A stretch of 64,000 bases of DNA from contig OZ037766.1 in assembly GCA_964035545.1 (NCBI GenBank), positions 10,406,722 through 10,470,721 of the forward strand, in the 5' to 3' direction. This DNA is from Bugula neritina. Its lineage: Eukaryota; Animalia; Bryozoa. A model generated the notes under the pieces. It did not search any database, was not told where the DNA came from, and saw nothing but the letters and a program-made list of their open reading frames with translations. Both the position numbers and the translations under genes were made by a program. Shown here piece after piece: positions 1 through 12,613 of this stretch (the first letter of the stretch is position 1; each line of letters starts with the position of its first letter).

Positions 1-1130
1 TGAATCTATACAGGTAGCTATAACTTGACTGAAAAATGTAAGCTTAAGGTGTATTCATAGATGATCAGCTTGCATTCTTAGGCAGCTTAGAAATATTCAA
101 CACATTGTATTGCAACCATATGTTATATGTACCTATCTCCAAAGGAAATCTTTTCAGTAAAGTTGTATCATTTAAAATTTAAATGCTGTATGCCGACACA
201 AAACACCATGAGCTGATGTAGAAGCTGTAAGTGTAACTAACTTTTCTAGCTATACATTTTTGTTTGGGGTATATAACCAGTTGTGCATGCCAATTTCAAA
301 AACTACAAGGGAGTGTAAAGCATCAATCAGCAGCTTTTTAATGTCTCCTAACCTGCACAAAATTATACACATTATACAATTATACACAACATAACTTTTA
401 TATATAATATAATACATGCACTTTAAATACATATTTTATTATATTGGGTTCTTTTACACTATATATAATAAAGATAAAAAATTGCACAAACTGTTGGGCC
501 AATACAATATCTGGCTATATATGCTTTTATGATGCAATGCTTTCTCTTTGCTTTATAGCCATTTCTGCTATGTCGAACACATAGCTATAATGTACAACAT
601 ACTAATATGCAAGGCAATAATTGATTTATTATTTTTAGCTCTTTCAATATTCGAATAAAAGATACAAAAACACAACATTTGTAATGGTCAGTCACTAGAG
701 GCAGCTGAAAGTCTTATCAGCACACTTGGAGTTGTTCCGGTACTGGAAAGAGGCCTTATAAGTTATAGTGAATTTTAAAGCCATCTGAAGCACACCCATC
801 ATGCTAATTTCTGTTATTGCAAAGAAAGTTATCCCCATTGAACTATAACCCCTTATGGCTTATAGTTTCAGTTCAGTGGTTATCCCCCCTCACTTTAGAA
901 GTTAGATAACTCCATAACAAAAATAGCGTAGCTTTTTATTCTCTAGAATAAATTATTTTCTAAAGAGATCCCTGAAAATATAACCTCTGTCCAACCCATA
1001 TTCATTCGGATAGTCTGATAAAAACTACTTTTCTGAGTCGACTATACAAGGACGTCTCACTGATTAATCAAATTTAAAAGTCCCACTTTGTCCCTCCAGT
1101 GTGAGTTGGGAGCAATCTTTTTTCTTCATA

Positions 1131-4100
1131 ATGGAAAATACACAGTTTCGGAGACCCTTTGATCCTGCTGCACTCGACTTAGAATCCTCTTTTAGACTTA
1201 CTAAGTATTCTGACCTCAAAGGGTGTGGTTGTAAAGTACCACAGGCGGCATTAGGCAAATTGCTTGGTGATATATTCACAGAGACAGTATTTGAAAGTCA
1301 GCAAAATCAAGATGCAAATCAAGGTTATCAACTGTTTAATATTGGGCAAGGACAGCCACCTCGGGTGCAAAGAATTGGTATGTTAAACCTAATCATGAAT
1401 TTCATAATCATAATGATAATCATAATGGTTATGATGATGATAAGCGGAATGAGAATCACTATCAGAATGTAACACTAACAATTACAATAGCTGAGTAACA
1501 CTAAATCAAAATGTAATATAGATTCAAATTTACTACTTCGCAAGTACTATTAGTCTTAGAGTATTACTATTAGTATTAGTATTACTCTAAGTCTAATGAC
1601 TAATATCCAAGTCCAATAACTATACTTATACTTATAGTTATACTTAATCTTATACTTAAACTTATAGTTATACTCAATTATAGAGATACTGATAGTTTTA
1701 TAGCTATTCATATTTTCATGCTCATTGTGATCACTGATTGTCATTGTCATTGTGATACTGATTTGTCATTATGTTTATTATGTAACATTAATATTATGTA
1801 ATACTAATAATAATATTATTATTTATTATTAATAATTATATGGATGTTATATTAATATATATCAATATAATCTAAATAAATAATCATAACCATGATGATA
1901 TAAATGATAAATATAATAATCACTTAATTTAAGCTACACGTGATGTACTTGTCTACTTCTACTAGTAGTAGTACCTGTGTTGTACTACTACTATTACTAT
2001 TGGTATTACTAGTAGCAGTAGTAAACATAGTACTAGTAGTATCAGTTTTGTACTGTAGTACTAGTAGTAAAAAGAGTTGTTGCAACTTTATTTCTGCATG
2101 TTTGTTAGTATTTATGTCATTTTTTATGTTTCATTGGTTGTTTCAAAATGAAAAAAGTAATATTAATATTAGACATCAAAATGAATATATATAATTAGAC
2201 TAATACTCAATGGGGTTCAAAACTTTATAATTAACATTACACCGATGCAGATCCAATTGCATCACCGACTCTTCTTAGTTTATATGATCACTTGCAAATA
2301 ATTAAAATAACCAGTTTACACATTAATATTAATGCTTAATTGCCAACCAATTAGCTCAACTTTAACAACTTATCAATATAGAATTAGATCTAGCTAAAAG
2401 GCTTATGAAAGTAATATACAAACACATTATTAGTTAGAGTTTAGTTGCGTAGTTTTTTAATTTCAAAGTAGCATATCCTCAAAAAATATAATAGTTGTGT
2501 TAAAATGTTGAAACTGCTGTATATAAAAGCTTAATATAATTTGTAGATCTAAATATTTTGGCTGATTAAGCAGACCCAATAAGAATATAATTATATGTTA
2601 TGTTGAAACATTAAAATTTACATCATTGCATATAAGCAAAGGCTAGTTATGCAGTATTGTGCTAGGTTGGCAAGAAGCTGCAAATAAAAATGAAATTGAA
2701 ATTTTGTAAATTTTACTGTTAGTAAAATCACATTATTAGAAGTTGAAAATAAGTCAAATAGATTTAGCAAAGTATGGTCTTCTTATTTCATGATTTACAA
2801 GAGAAATTCTAAAAATAGATTTAGCTTTTAAAACCATTTTCAATTCCATGTTGAAAAAAACTTGCTGATGAAACTTCTAATCAAGCCAGGTTAAAACTTG
2901 AAAATAAATTAGGTGTTTAAACTAAGTGCTACACACTCATTGCCCGACCACATGTTTACTAGGCCAGCACTCTAACCACAGTGTTAGTGATTTTTGTTAT
3001 GTATTTATTTTCTGAGTTTTTGTGGTAATATGTTAACTTGTTTGTTGATAGGTGCTGCCGGGCTAACTGACTGCAGTGTCATTTCTTTGAAACAAGAGGG
3101 TTTGTGTATGTTGCAGTCAGCTGACTACCTTTACCCTCTCATTGATGACCCTTACATGATGGTAAGAAGTTCATCTCTAGTATTAAGAACATGCTGTTTA
3201 GGCCTAATAGGTGATAGGTTTTACTGGAACAGGTAGTTTTTGCAAGTACACTGTAAAGTGTAAAGACTTATCCACATTGAAACTTTTCCTTAAAAGCATA
3301 GCTGCTAAAACTGTCATTAAAAACAGAATTGTAAAAATTACATCGAGATATTCTTGCAGGTAAAACTTTGTTCATTACTTGTTGAATTATGTACTTCACA
3401 GTGATTTTTGTAGATAAATGTGCTTGTTTGATCAAAAATATTGAATTACCAATCAGAGTGTACTAATTTGAAAATTTCTGTGTATCTAGACATTTTTAAT
3501 TGTCTAAAACATATTGTTTTGACCATTGTTGCTTTTTAAAAAAAATTGATGCTATAAAGCCATGGCTATACAAATTGAATCCTTTAAAACCAGTGAAAAG
3601 ATAAAGCTGATTAAGTGCAGTATTTATAATTTGTATTAGATTGAAATAATTGTGGCCCTCAGATGCTTATAAACTAATGAATTAATTTTTTTATTTCTTT
3701 GATTAAATGCTATTTATGTCTTAGTAATTTTCTGTAAGACATTTAGTAATTGTTTTCTCTCTCTGCAGGGTATGATCGCCTGTGCAAGTGTACTGAGTGA
3801 CCTCTATGCCACTGGTGTAACAGACTGTGACAGCATTCAGATGCTTCTTGGTATCAGCAGTAGAATTACTCAGAAGGAAAGAGACATAATTGCTCCACTC
3901 ATGATCAGGGGTTTCAGAGATGCTGCAGAGGTGGCTGGATGTGCCGTGAGAGGTGGGCAAACAGTGGTAAATCCATGGATGTTGTTGGGTGGAATAGCTA
4001 CTACTGTCGTTCCTAGGAATATTATTGTAATGTGAGTTGTATAATCATTTTACATCAATTTTGCTGAAGTTGCAAAATTCATAACTGGTATAAAGACTTG

Positions 4101-4365
4101 CTTTTTATCTCAAATGTTATATAAAGTTCTCTCGACAACGTGTTTCCTATTTACACATCATTCAATGAACTTAATATTTGTTCATCTACAATATTTTTTC
4201 TTTGGTGCACATAGAAAAACAAACATTAATAATATATGTTGTTTGCCTTTCTTAGTTTGCAAATTTAGTATTAGCCATGATGGTAATGTCATGTTTAGTT
4301 TTAAATGCCTTTTAATATTTAAAAGAAAACTTTACATATCATACATTATATGTGTGTGCATGTTC

Positions 4366-4397
<32 letters not shown>

Positions 4398-6228
4398 GCG
4401 TGTGCGTGTGCGTGTGCGTGTGCGTGTGCGTGTGCGTGTGCGTGTGCGTGTGCGTGTGCGTGTGCGTGTGCGTGTGCGTGTGCGTGTGCGTGTGCGTGTG
4501 CGTGTGCGTGTGCGTGTGCGTGTGCGTGTGCGTGTGCGTGTGCGTGCGCGTGTGCGTGCGCGTGCGCGTGCGCGTGCGCGTGCGCGTGCGCGTGCGCGTG
4601 CGCGTGCGCGTGCGCGTGCGCGTGCGCGTGCGCGTGCGCGTGCGCGTGCGCGTGCGCGTGCGCGTGCGCGTGCGCGTGCGCGTGCGCGTGCGCGTGCGCG
4701 TGCGCGCGCGCGCGCGCGCGCGCGCGTGCGTGCAGGTGTGTTCGGGTGGGTGGGTGAGTGGGCAATTATTTTAAATTTAAATAATAAAGCGATATTTATT
4801 GGCTTGCTTTCAATACCCCTGTGGTGTTTAAAATTAAAATGTAAATATTTTTGCTAAAGTTGTCTAATCAAGTAAGTATTTCATGTTCCAACAGGCCATA
4901 TAATGCCGTGGCTCAAGACGTGTTGGTTCTTACTAAACCTCTTGGCACACACATAGCATGTTCAGCCAATCAGTGGATGAATGATGATCGGGAGAAATGG
5001 GTTAGAATCAAAGTGGTTCTCAATCAAGAAGACACAGAAAAAGCATTTCAACGGGCGATGGCCAGCATGGCAAGGCTAAACAAAGTTGGTGAGCAATTTC
5101 AGTTGTGTAATCCTCTTCATTTGTTAAAAGTTACTAATGAAAACAGCACTTCACGCATTATAATATTATTTTATGCATGAGTTACCAGTTTAATATTATG
5201 ATCTTTTTTTGTAAACAAATATGACTTTAAAAACTTCAAAACTTTAATGGCACTAATATTCTATACAATGTTGTATTGGTGCAAATCCGTGAAACATTGT
5301 GCTGAATTTCATTTCAACAGCGGCGAATGTAATGATGCAGTACAACGCACATGGCGCGACAGATGTATCTGGATACGGACTACTAGGTGCGGCACAGGCT
5401 CTCGCCAAATCTCAGGAGCAAGAAGTTGACTTTGTCATTCACAATCTACCCGTCATAGCAAAGATGTTTAGTGTTAACAAAGTTGTTGGCAATATGTTTA
5501 ATCTTACCAATGGATTGTCTCCAGAAACTTCAGGTTTGTTGAAAACTTGATCAACGCAATGCTCACACTAGCAAGCTGTGTTACTGTTCTTTGTGATATG
5601 TCAAGTTAGACATCTTCGCAAGTTTATCTGTTTCTGTGAGTTATGATGCTATTTATCAAAGGCTAATTAAATAGACTTTTAGTATGGATTCATCATATTT
5701 GTGCATCTGTCTGATACTCATATAACCCTGGGATAGTTAATATATGGGCTGTTTATAGTACTCACGAAGTCTAAGTCAATGAACCACTTACCACTTCTTT
5801 GCCTAGGCATGTAGTGAATGGGTTCTGTTCTATTCACATATGTCTAAGACTTTTTAACAAAAATTGCTCAAACAAAGCTCAATATTTAAGCTGTGAATTG
5901 AAACTTCAGTTTTTGTATGTGTTTCTTTAATGTTTACATGTGTTTTTTTATCTAATTTTACATAAATGGTCAAACACATAAAATTCAGTTTTTAAAAAAA
6001 CATTATTTGCTATGCATCTGACTCATGTGACTTAAATCTTTAGGTGGTTTACTAATTGTGTTTCCTCGAGAGGATGGTGCTTCTTTTGCTAAAAAAATGG
6101 AGCAGATGGAAGGTTTGCAGTCCTGGATAGTTGGTGTTGTACAGAAGGGTACAAGAACTGCTAAGGTTATTGATAAACCTCGAATTATTGAAGTACCCAT
6201 GAAAGATAAGCCAGATGAGCTTTGGTAG
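1131..6228 (+). CDS. SEPHS: Selenophosphate synthetase (SelD/SPS family), Cys-containing, 6 coding exons, ~403 aa; SPS1 vs SPS2 orthology unresolved
   Basis: Exons 1131-1377, 3052-3161, 3769-4031, 4895-5088, 5321-5533, 6044-6228; all introns GT-AG and the frame is continuous. Motifs [71 protein letters not shown] and KPRIIEV match metazoan SPS. Confidence 0.96.
1385..2070. repeat. Cryptic 6-bp-periodic low-complexity tract (TNA-NNN)n at the start of SPS intron 1
   Basis: For example TCA TGC TCA TTG TGA ... TGA TTG TCA TTG TCA TTG TGA TAC TGA, and TTA TAC TTA TAG TTA TAC. Confidence 0.75.
4365..4733. repeat. Compound alternating purine-pyrimidine microsatellite (GT)n(GTGTGC)n(GCGTGC)n(GC)n
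   Basis: Directly visible, in SPS intron 3. Confidence 0.97.
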
Positions 6229-6771
6229 TCTACCCCTGGCCAAAGTCAAAAATATCCATTCTCATATTTTGTATTTCATAGTTGTTTTTATTGTATATAC
6301 TATATTTAGTGGCTCATTTTTTACAGCTTACATGTATGCAAAGCAGCTTTTTAAGTTTCATCCCAAATAAAGAATTTTATCTGCTGGTGCATGATATTTG
6401 TACCAGAAGGTTTAAGCATACTTCCAAACGTATTACAAACAGCTTTATGAAGTTTTATAGAAAAAGTAGACACACGATTAATTTAGAAAACTTTAAAGTT
6501 TCGAATGAGGTAACTATTACTTGATAGCAAGGATTTACTGACTGGGTGTTTTGCTTAACAACGTTTTTCACAGCTGGGCAATAGAGTGTAGTGTAATATA
6601 CAATTGGTATTGTTGCATCCAGTACTAATCACATTGAGATCCACCCTTCTATATAAATCTTATGGTTGCTATTGCAATGTGCTCACACCTCAATTAATTC
6701 AATGAACCCTAAACAAACACCAACTAGTATTAAAAGAGATAATATGTTATATTGTCATGATCAGGTATACA

Positions 6772-9700
6772 TTAGGCACTTTTTAAAAGTGGTTTGTGTT
6801 CGGTATCTTTGACTTCATAGATATCCGTAGTTTCAGTGTTGGTATCATTACTTTTGCATCTCTTGAAATATTCTTGAATTTTCATGCATGCCATTAAAAG
6901 GGCAAATCCAACACAGATGAAACTGTAGACTGTCATTGTCCAGGCGAAGTTGGTAGATTGTGAGACAATTCCAGAAAGAACAGGGCCAATAAATTCTCTA
7001 AAAATATTAAACAATTTTAGGAAAATTGAGTAGCTGTTGGTGGGACAAATATTCATAATTAACATGCTCAAGTATATCTCATAGTGTGTAGCACATTATA
7101 TACTAACCCTAAAGAATAAAAGCTCATAAACACTCCAGATATCATTGCCATTGTAGAAGGATCTAGCCCTTCAGATTCATTGGCTCTTCTGAAATAGTAA
7201 CAGTGATGACCATATAGTAATTCTGTGTTAATTGGATACTATATTAACTAAACCTTTAATTTGTTTTAAGGCAGAAATGTATAGCTATAACCAATGGGCT
7301 CCTTCAGCATGATACCTAGGTAGAATGTAATAGTACTCATGCACTACAAGTATGTGTTTAGAGGTGGAACAGTTACAGAAAATATAAGAAATATAGCCTA
7401 CTAGATTACATGAAAAAGTATACATATCAGAGGACACTACCAGCAAATCTTGAACTGCTCTGAGAATTTAAAATAAAACTCACGAGCCAGAGATGAAGAT
7501 TATCTCCATGGAAGGAACAACAATGAATGCAGTGGAAGTGCCTAACACAACCAGTGTCAGCATCATCAGCCATAAGGGCCTAGAAAAATTAGAAAATAAA
7601 TTAAAGAACAGTGGGAAAATATTTAGTAAACTACTATTATAAGGATAATTCAGTACAATTCTGCTCTTTATTACAAACCCACGTTAAAGTGTTTGTTGGT
7701 AGGTACATAATTATTTTATAAGAACTGAAAAATTGAATATGTATTCCAGCTCACTGGTTATGCATACCCACGTGTTAGTTACACCATATAGTAGAGCTCA
7801 AATAAATTATGTGAATGTAAATACCTTGTTAGTTGTGAAAATATTGGTGAAGGTCCCAGTAACAAAAAATTGATGGCCAAAATCAAAAAGGCAGCCATCA
7901 TCATATAAGTCACATCAATAGATTTCTACAAATTAGTAATAAGTAGGTAAATTACAGCTTTTACTTTTTGCTTATACCATAATACTTACTTGCTGTAGAG
8001 TGTAGACTAACATGGGTGCCATAATTTTTCTATTCAAATTTTCGTTCTATTTATTGTCCACTTTCAGTGAAGACTGGCTGAGATTGTTGATAAAGCTAAG
8101 GGTGTATTCTGGTAATACTGATTTAAAATTTTTTGCAATACAGTAATTGCGATAATTTTCTAAAATACTGAAAGTGGTCAAATGTATATACTTTATAGTA
8201 CTTACAAATCTGTTTAGTGCTTTACCCACAAAAGGTGCTGTGATAGTATAGAACAGGGATATTAGAAGAAACACCAAGGCACTTATGTCTGGAGTCAAGC
8301 CATACTAAAAATATAGTACAAATTAGTGACTATATCCGTAGATCATTCCTAAAATCCGAATATAATGTGTTTGAACATCTCCTTTACAGGCAAATCTATT
8401 AGTTTTTGTTTTTATGGTCTTTTCTGAGTTTTGTAACCTAATTTTAGAGTTTTAGCATAATTCATTTTCCATAAACATGGCTGACCACACCTGTTTCAAG
8501 GGCTGAAAGGAAGGAGGCAAAAAGCTCCTCTCACATCTATTAATTTGGTATAATCTAATTACACAATGTTTTGTTTTAGTCTATTTAAATTCTCCTAAAA
8601 TATGTTTCTAAAAAGGAGAATTTTTGCTATTTGTTCAAATCTGCTCATATTACTTACGCAATAAATAAAATAACTTCGTCAAATTTTTGACTAGGTACTA
8701 AAAATCGTTTCCTACTTGCCTCAGTTTCAATTTGTGCAAAAATTAGTTAAACAAAACAATTGCACAAAAAGGAATTAGGACATTTCATTCAAATAGTTAA
8801 ATTTCAAATTTTTATACAATCTCAAAACTTTGAACTACTATAGTTATAAATAATACGGACAGGCCACACATACTTCATTTCGGAGTTCAGGCTCTAAAAT
8901 TGGCTCCACACTTGTCCAAATGATGCCTGTACTCATAGCAGCAAGGAGCGCTACCATCATGCTTAGGTTAAAGAGTATACTCCATATTGAGTACTTTGGC
9001 GTTTCCTCTCTCTTTATTACAACTACAATATGATGTACTCAGTTATAGACAGGTAATATTAGTCAACAATTCAATCAATGTCTTATTAAAATTTTTATCG
9101 GCCCGGAAATTTTGAGATCTGTGTAAACAATTGATTACTGTGAAAGGTTTTTTTTAGCAGCTTATCCTTTTTATTCCTATGATAGCCTGGTTTTAAAATT
9201 ATGCAATAATTGGCTCTCTCAGCAATTTCTAGCTAACCTTTCCCTTATTATTATGAGTTATGACTGTTATTTAAACTGCTGAGTCATCCTATTATAGCTG
9301 CCTTGGCAATGTTCACATCTTTTATTAACAGTTACTGAAAACTTCTGACCTCATAACAAAAAATTGGCTTGAAAATGCAGTTGTGGCAAATGCAACTGTA
9401 TTTAAAGATCAAATTTATAGTAATTGACCTAAAAAAACAAACATTGAATTATTATATTATATAAAATGGTAAAATAGATCAACCAAATAACTTATTTTTT
9501 AGCAATATTTGTAGCATATCTGCATGGCCAAAATTTATGTTGTTACACAGAATATACAAACATTAACCTGACCTTTAGGTTTACTTCAACTTTTAATTTC
9601 TTAAAATCTGACTATATGTGTATAAAAATGTGAAAGACTATTCTAGCAAGAAGAATTTTAGTTCATCTATAACAATAATTTCAACTAATTTCAGATAATT

Positions 9701-12613
9701 GCAGAAGCGCTGATAATATAGCAGCATAATATATTCCTTTATTTAATGTTTTACAGTCTAATGGAACTTGAGAGTGCTTTCTTGATTTTACCAGTAACAG
9801 TTGTTGAGGAATTGGCAAAACAAAATGGTTTTTGCCTATAAAATATTATACTGAAATGATTTTTGTATAATATTATACTGTATTGCCAACATATACAACG
9901 ATTATGATGCATAAATGTATCAGTAATTTGCAAATGTATCTATGCTTTTCTTATATACAAAGAAAAGCATTTTTCATTTCCCATTAACTAAACACAGCAA
10001 GTCAACTTGACTCACGAAAGGTAGCTATACGCTAGCATATATGTTTTTAACGCCATATACATTAATCATGTTTATCATTCTACTTACTATCAGTTGGAAG
10101 AAGAAACCAAGCTAATAAGGAGCCTCCTAAAATTAGTCCCCCAACAACACCAAACACAGCCATAAACCCTCCAAGCTAATAAACACAATCATCAAAGTTA
10201 CAATAAAAGTATGTGGTTTATTCAGTTGAAGCATAGACTGAGTTACTTTTGATATCACAATGAAACGACTAGTTACTTGGCTACCAAGTTACACTTTAAG
10301 AAATTGGAACCTAGTATAGAATTATCTTCTCTCTAAAAACCCATAGCTTGACAACTCCTTAAAAGCGCACAACGTTACCCACCGTGAATGAGTTGAATTG
10401 TAGAAACTTGCTAGTAAGGAAATTGTTTGATAGATTATATTTTTATCGAACAGAATAATGTTCAGAACTCCAGTCAACTCAGTGATATGTACAAGAATTT
10501 AAATAGCGAATAATTTGTCTTCATTTGGTCAAGTATAAACTGAACTATAAATCTAACTTGATAGTAGGTAGCTTCTCCCTATGTTTTAAGCATATTTTAT
10601 AATCAAACTCCTGTTTTTGTTTGATCAGCTTTACTCTTGTATTTGTATGTTAATAGTCACCAAAAAGTTTATAAAGAAAACCGGAGATACAATACAATTT
10701 TTGTTGTAATGTATGATAAATTAACTTGTAAGGTCCAAATTATTTGTGAGTTTTCACTCACTAGTTTGATTAATGTGAAATTAATAAACTTGCAAGTATT
10801 AAAACTGCATTATTAAAGGATAACACTCTTTTCAATAGTTTAGTTTAGTTACAAAGTAAAATGTCACCAGCATTAAATATAAGAATAAAATGGATTTTAC
10901 ATGCACTAATTTGAAACAATATAATTGTTTATAATACTTTTAATTTTGACAATTTATGTTTTGCTTTGTATGATATATTTTTGCAAAGTTCTATCAACGG
11001 CCCCTCACCTTATAAAAGCCGCTGCCAATTGCAGGCCCTGACATGGTTCCAAACCCAGCAATGGTTTCTCCATAGCCCTGGAATATGGTAGAAACAAACT
11101 TTAATACTGGTTCTGAAGCAGGTCATACTTTGCCTGAATGTTTAAAATTAGTTTTGTAATAATATGCCTAGATAAAATCGTACCAGCACCGTGATGGTGT
11201 TTTCAGGAAACGCTGTATTGAGTAGTACGATAGAGGAAATTGCAACAGCTGCTGCACCAGCAGCCTGTCCTATACGTAGTATTGTCTGAACTACTAAGAA
11301 AAGAACGTCTAAGCTTTGATTGTTACTTTCTGGGTAAGGGAAATACTCTAAACATCCAAATAAGATTGTCATAGTCCCACACACTATCATTCCAAGTATG
11401 AAGATGTAGTGTATTTTCACAAGCTGCATCTAAAATGTTTGCATGTCAGCTTTATAATAAGATAAACAGTAATTATATTTAAATTACATATTATATTATA
11501 TTATATTGTGTCGTCTTATATTGTAGGAAAACAGAGCTTTCTTATCAATATCAGTATCCAATGGGTATATTTTAAAGGAAAAGGAAAACTAGTAAAGTTT
11601 GTTTTAATGGTATTTCATGCATATCACATATATATAAGTCATGTCACGGAAGGTTTTTGCTATGATAGAATGGAAAGAAAGAAGCTGGTCTTCAAAATGT
11701 TGATAAAATCAGGGTTAAAAAATTTTACTTGAGAGAAAATGCCTAATGTACAAGACTATGAAACACTTCAGAAAGTGCATTTTTTAAGACCTGCATGAAC
11801 GCAAAAATACTTTGGAGCCGATGACTAATTTTTTGCTTGAAGCTAGTTTTTGCTACATGCAAACTGCTATTCTACAAAATTCTAAACAACTGGAATTTAA
11901 ATAAAGCTGAATAGAACGACTAAGCACTCACCAATCTTCCACAAGCTGGACCCACAACTAGGAATATCAATGCAAAGAGTCCAATAATCCAGCCAGTCAA
12001 GCTCGAGTTTATGTTATGATTTTCATTCTGATAAAATTCACAACCTTTTGTTAAGCAAAGTAAGTATAATGAAAAGTAGATTCCAAATTTTACAAATCTA
12101 CTTTTGTAATACAATAACTACATTTACAGCACATTGTATGCTTACCGGCATACTTTTTATCATGTTTTTTACAGTGAAAATAAACATCTGTAACCTCACT
12201 TTATAATTTTCCCTGCCCTATCTTTCCTATCTTGCTTTACTGCACCCTTTTAAGTTATATTCCAATCTAGCAACTATAAATCATTGGCTCTTTTATTAAG
12301 ATGTAAATACAATTAATTATTCTTATTTGCATAATATTTCACAATACTACACAATACTTTATGCTAAAATAGTCTGAGAAGTACTTACCAATGGTGGTAG
12401 AAAAGGTGATGGAAGAGATGCACATGAAAAGGCAAAAAAGTTCCCAGTGCATGCAGCCAAGAGAATAAACTTCTGCTCTCTTGTATAAGAAAAACTTTTG
12501 CTTTCTATGTTGTCATTGCCTATGAGATCATGCTTGGCATTAGCTGATTCTTCTATATTGAATTGCTGCTTCTCACTGTAGCTGTTGTTCGTGGCACCTG
12601 ATTGCCCTGTCAT
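6772..12613 (-). CDS. SLC18B1: MFS transporter, SLC18B1/VPAT-like, paralogue A, 11 coding exons, ~491 aa
   Basis: Exons 12613-12389, 12027-11932, 11429-11184, 11077-11009, 10175-10088, 9022-8874, 8304-8206, 7925-7825, 7579-7484, 7188-7108, 6997-6772; GT-AG, in frame. Motifs SLPSPFLP, GTMTILFG, AFPEN-ETIAGFG-GPAIG, LLGPSP, GEFIGP and a C-terminal EHKPLL. A possible 5' UTR donor lies near 13203. Confidence 0.88.

Noticed and set aside
130-590. Exon-like minus-strand segments upstream of SPS
   Set aside because: I could not join them into an open, recognisable reading frame; a gene continuing outside the window cannot be excluded.
1224-1243. Short hairpin TGTGGT/ACCACA over the SPS Cys codon as a Sec-redefinition element
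   Set aside because: Only 6 bp, overlaps the codon itself and is explained by the coding sequence.
4114-4857. Long ORFs of RV/RA/CA/HA dipeptides (also at 25572-26032, 35754-36152, 38917-39353)
   Set aside because: They are translations of stop-free microsatellites, not genes.
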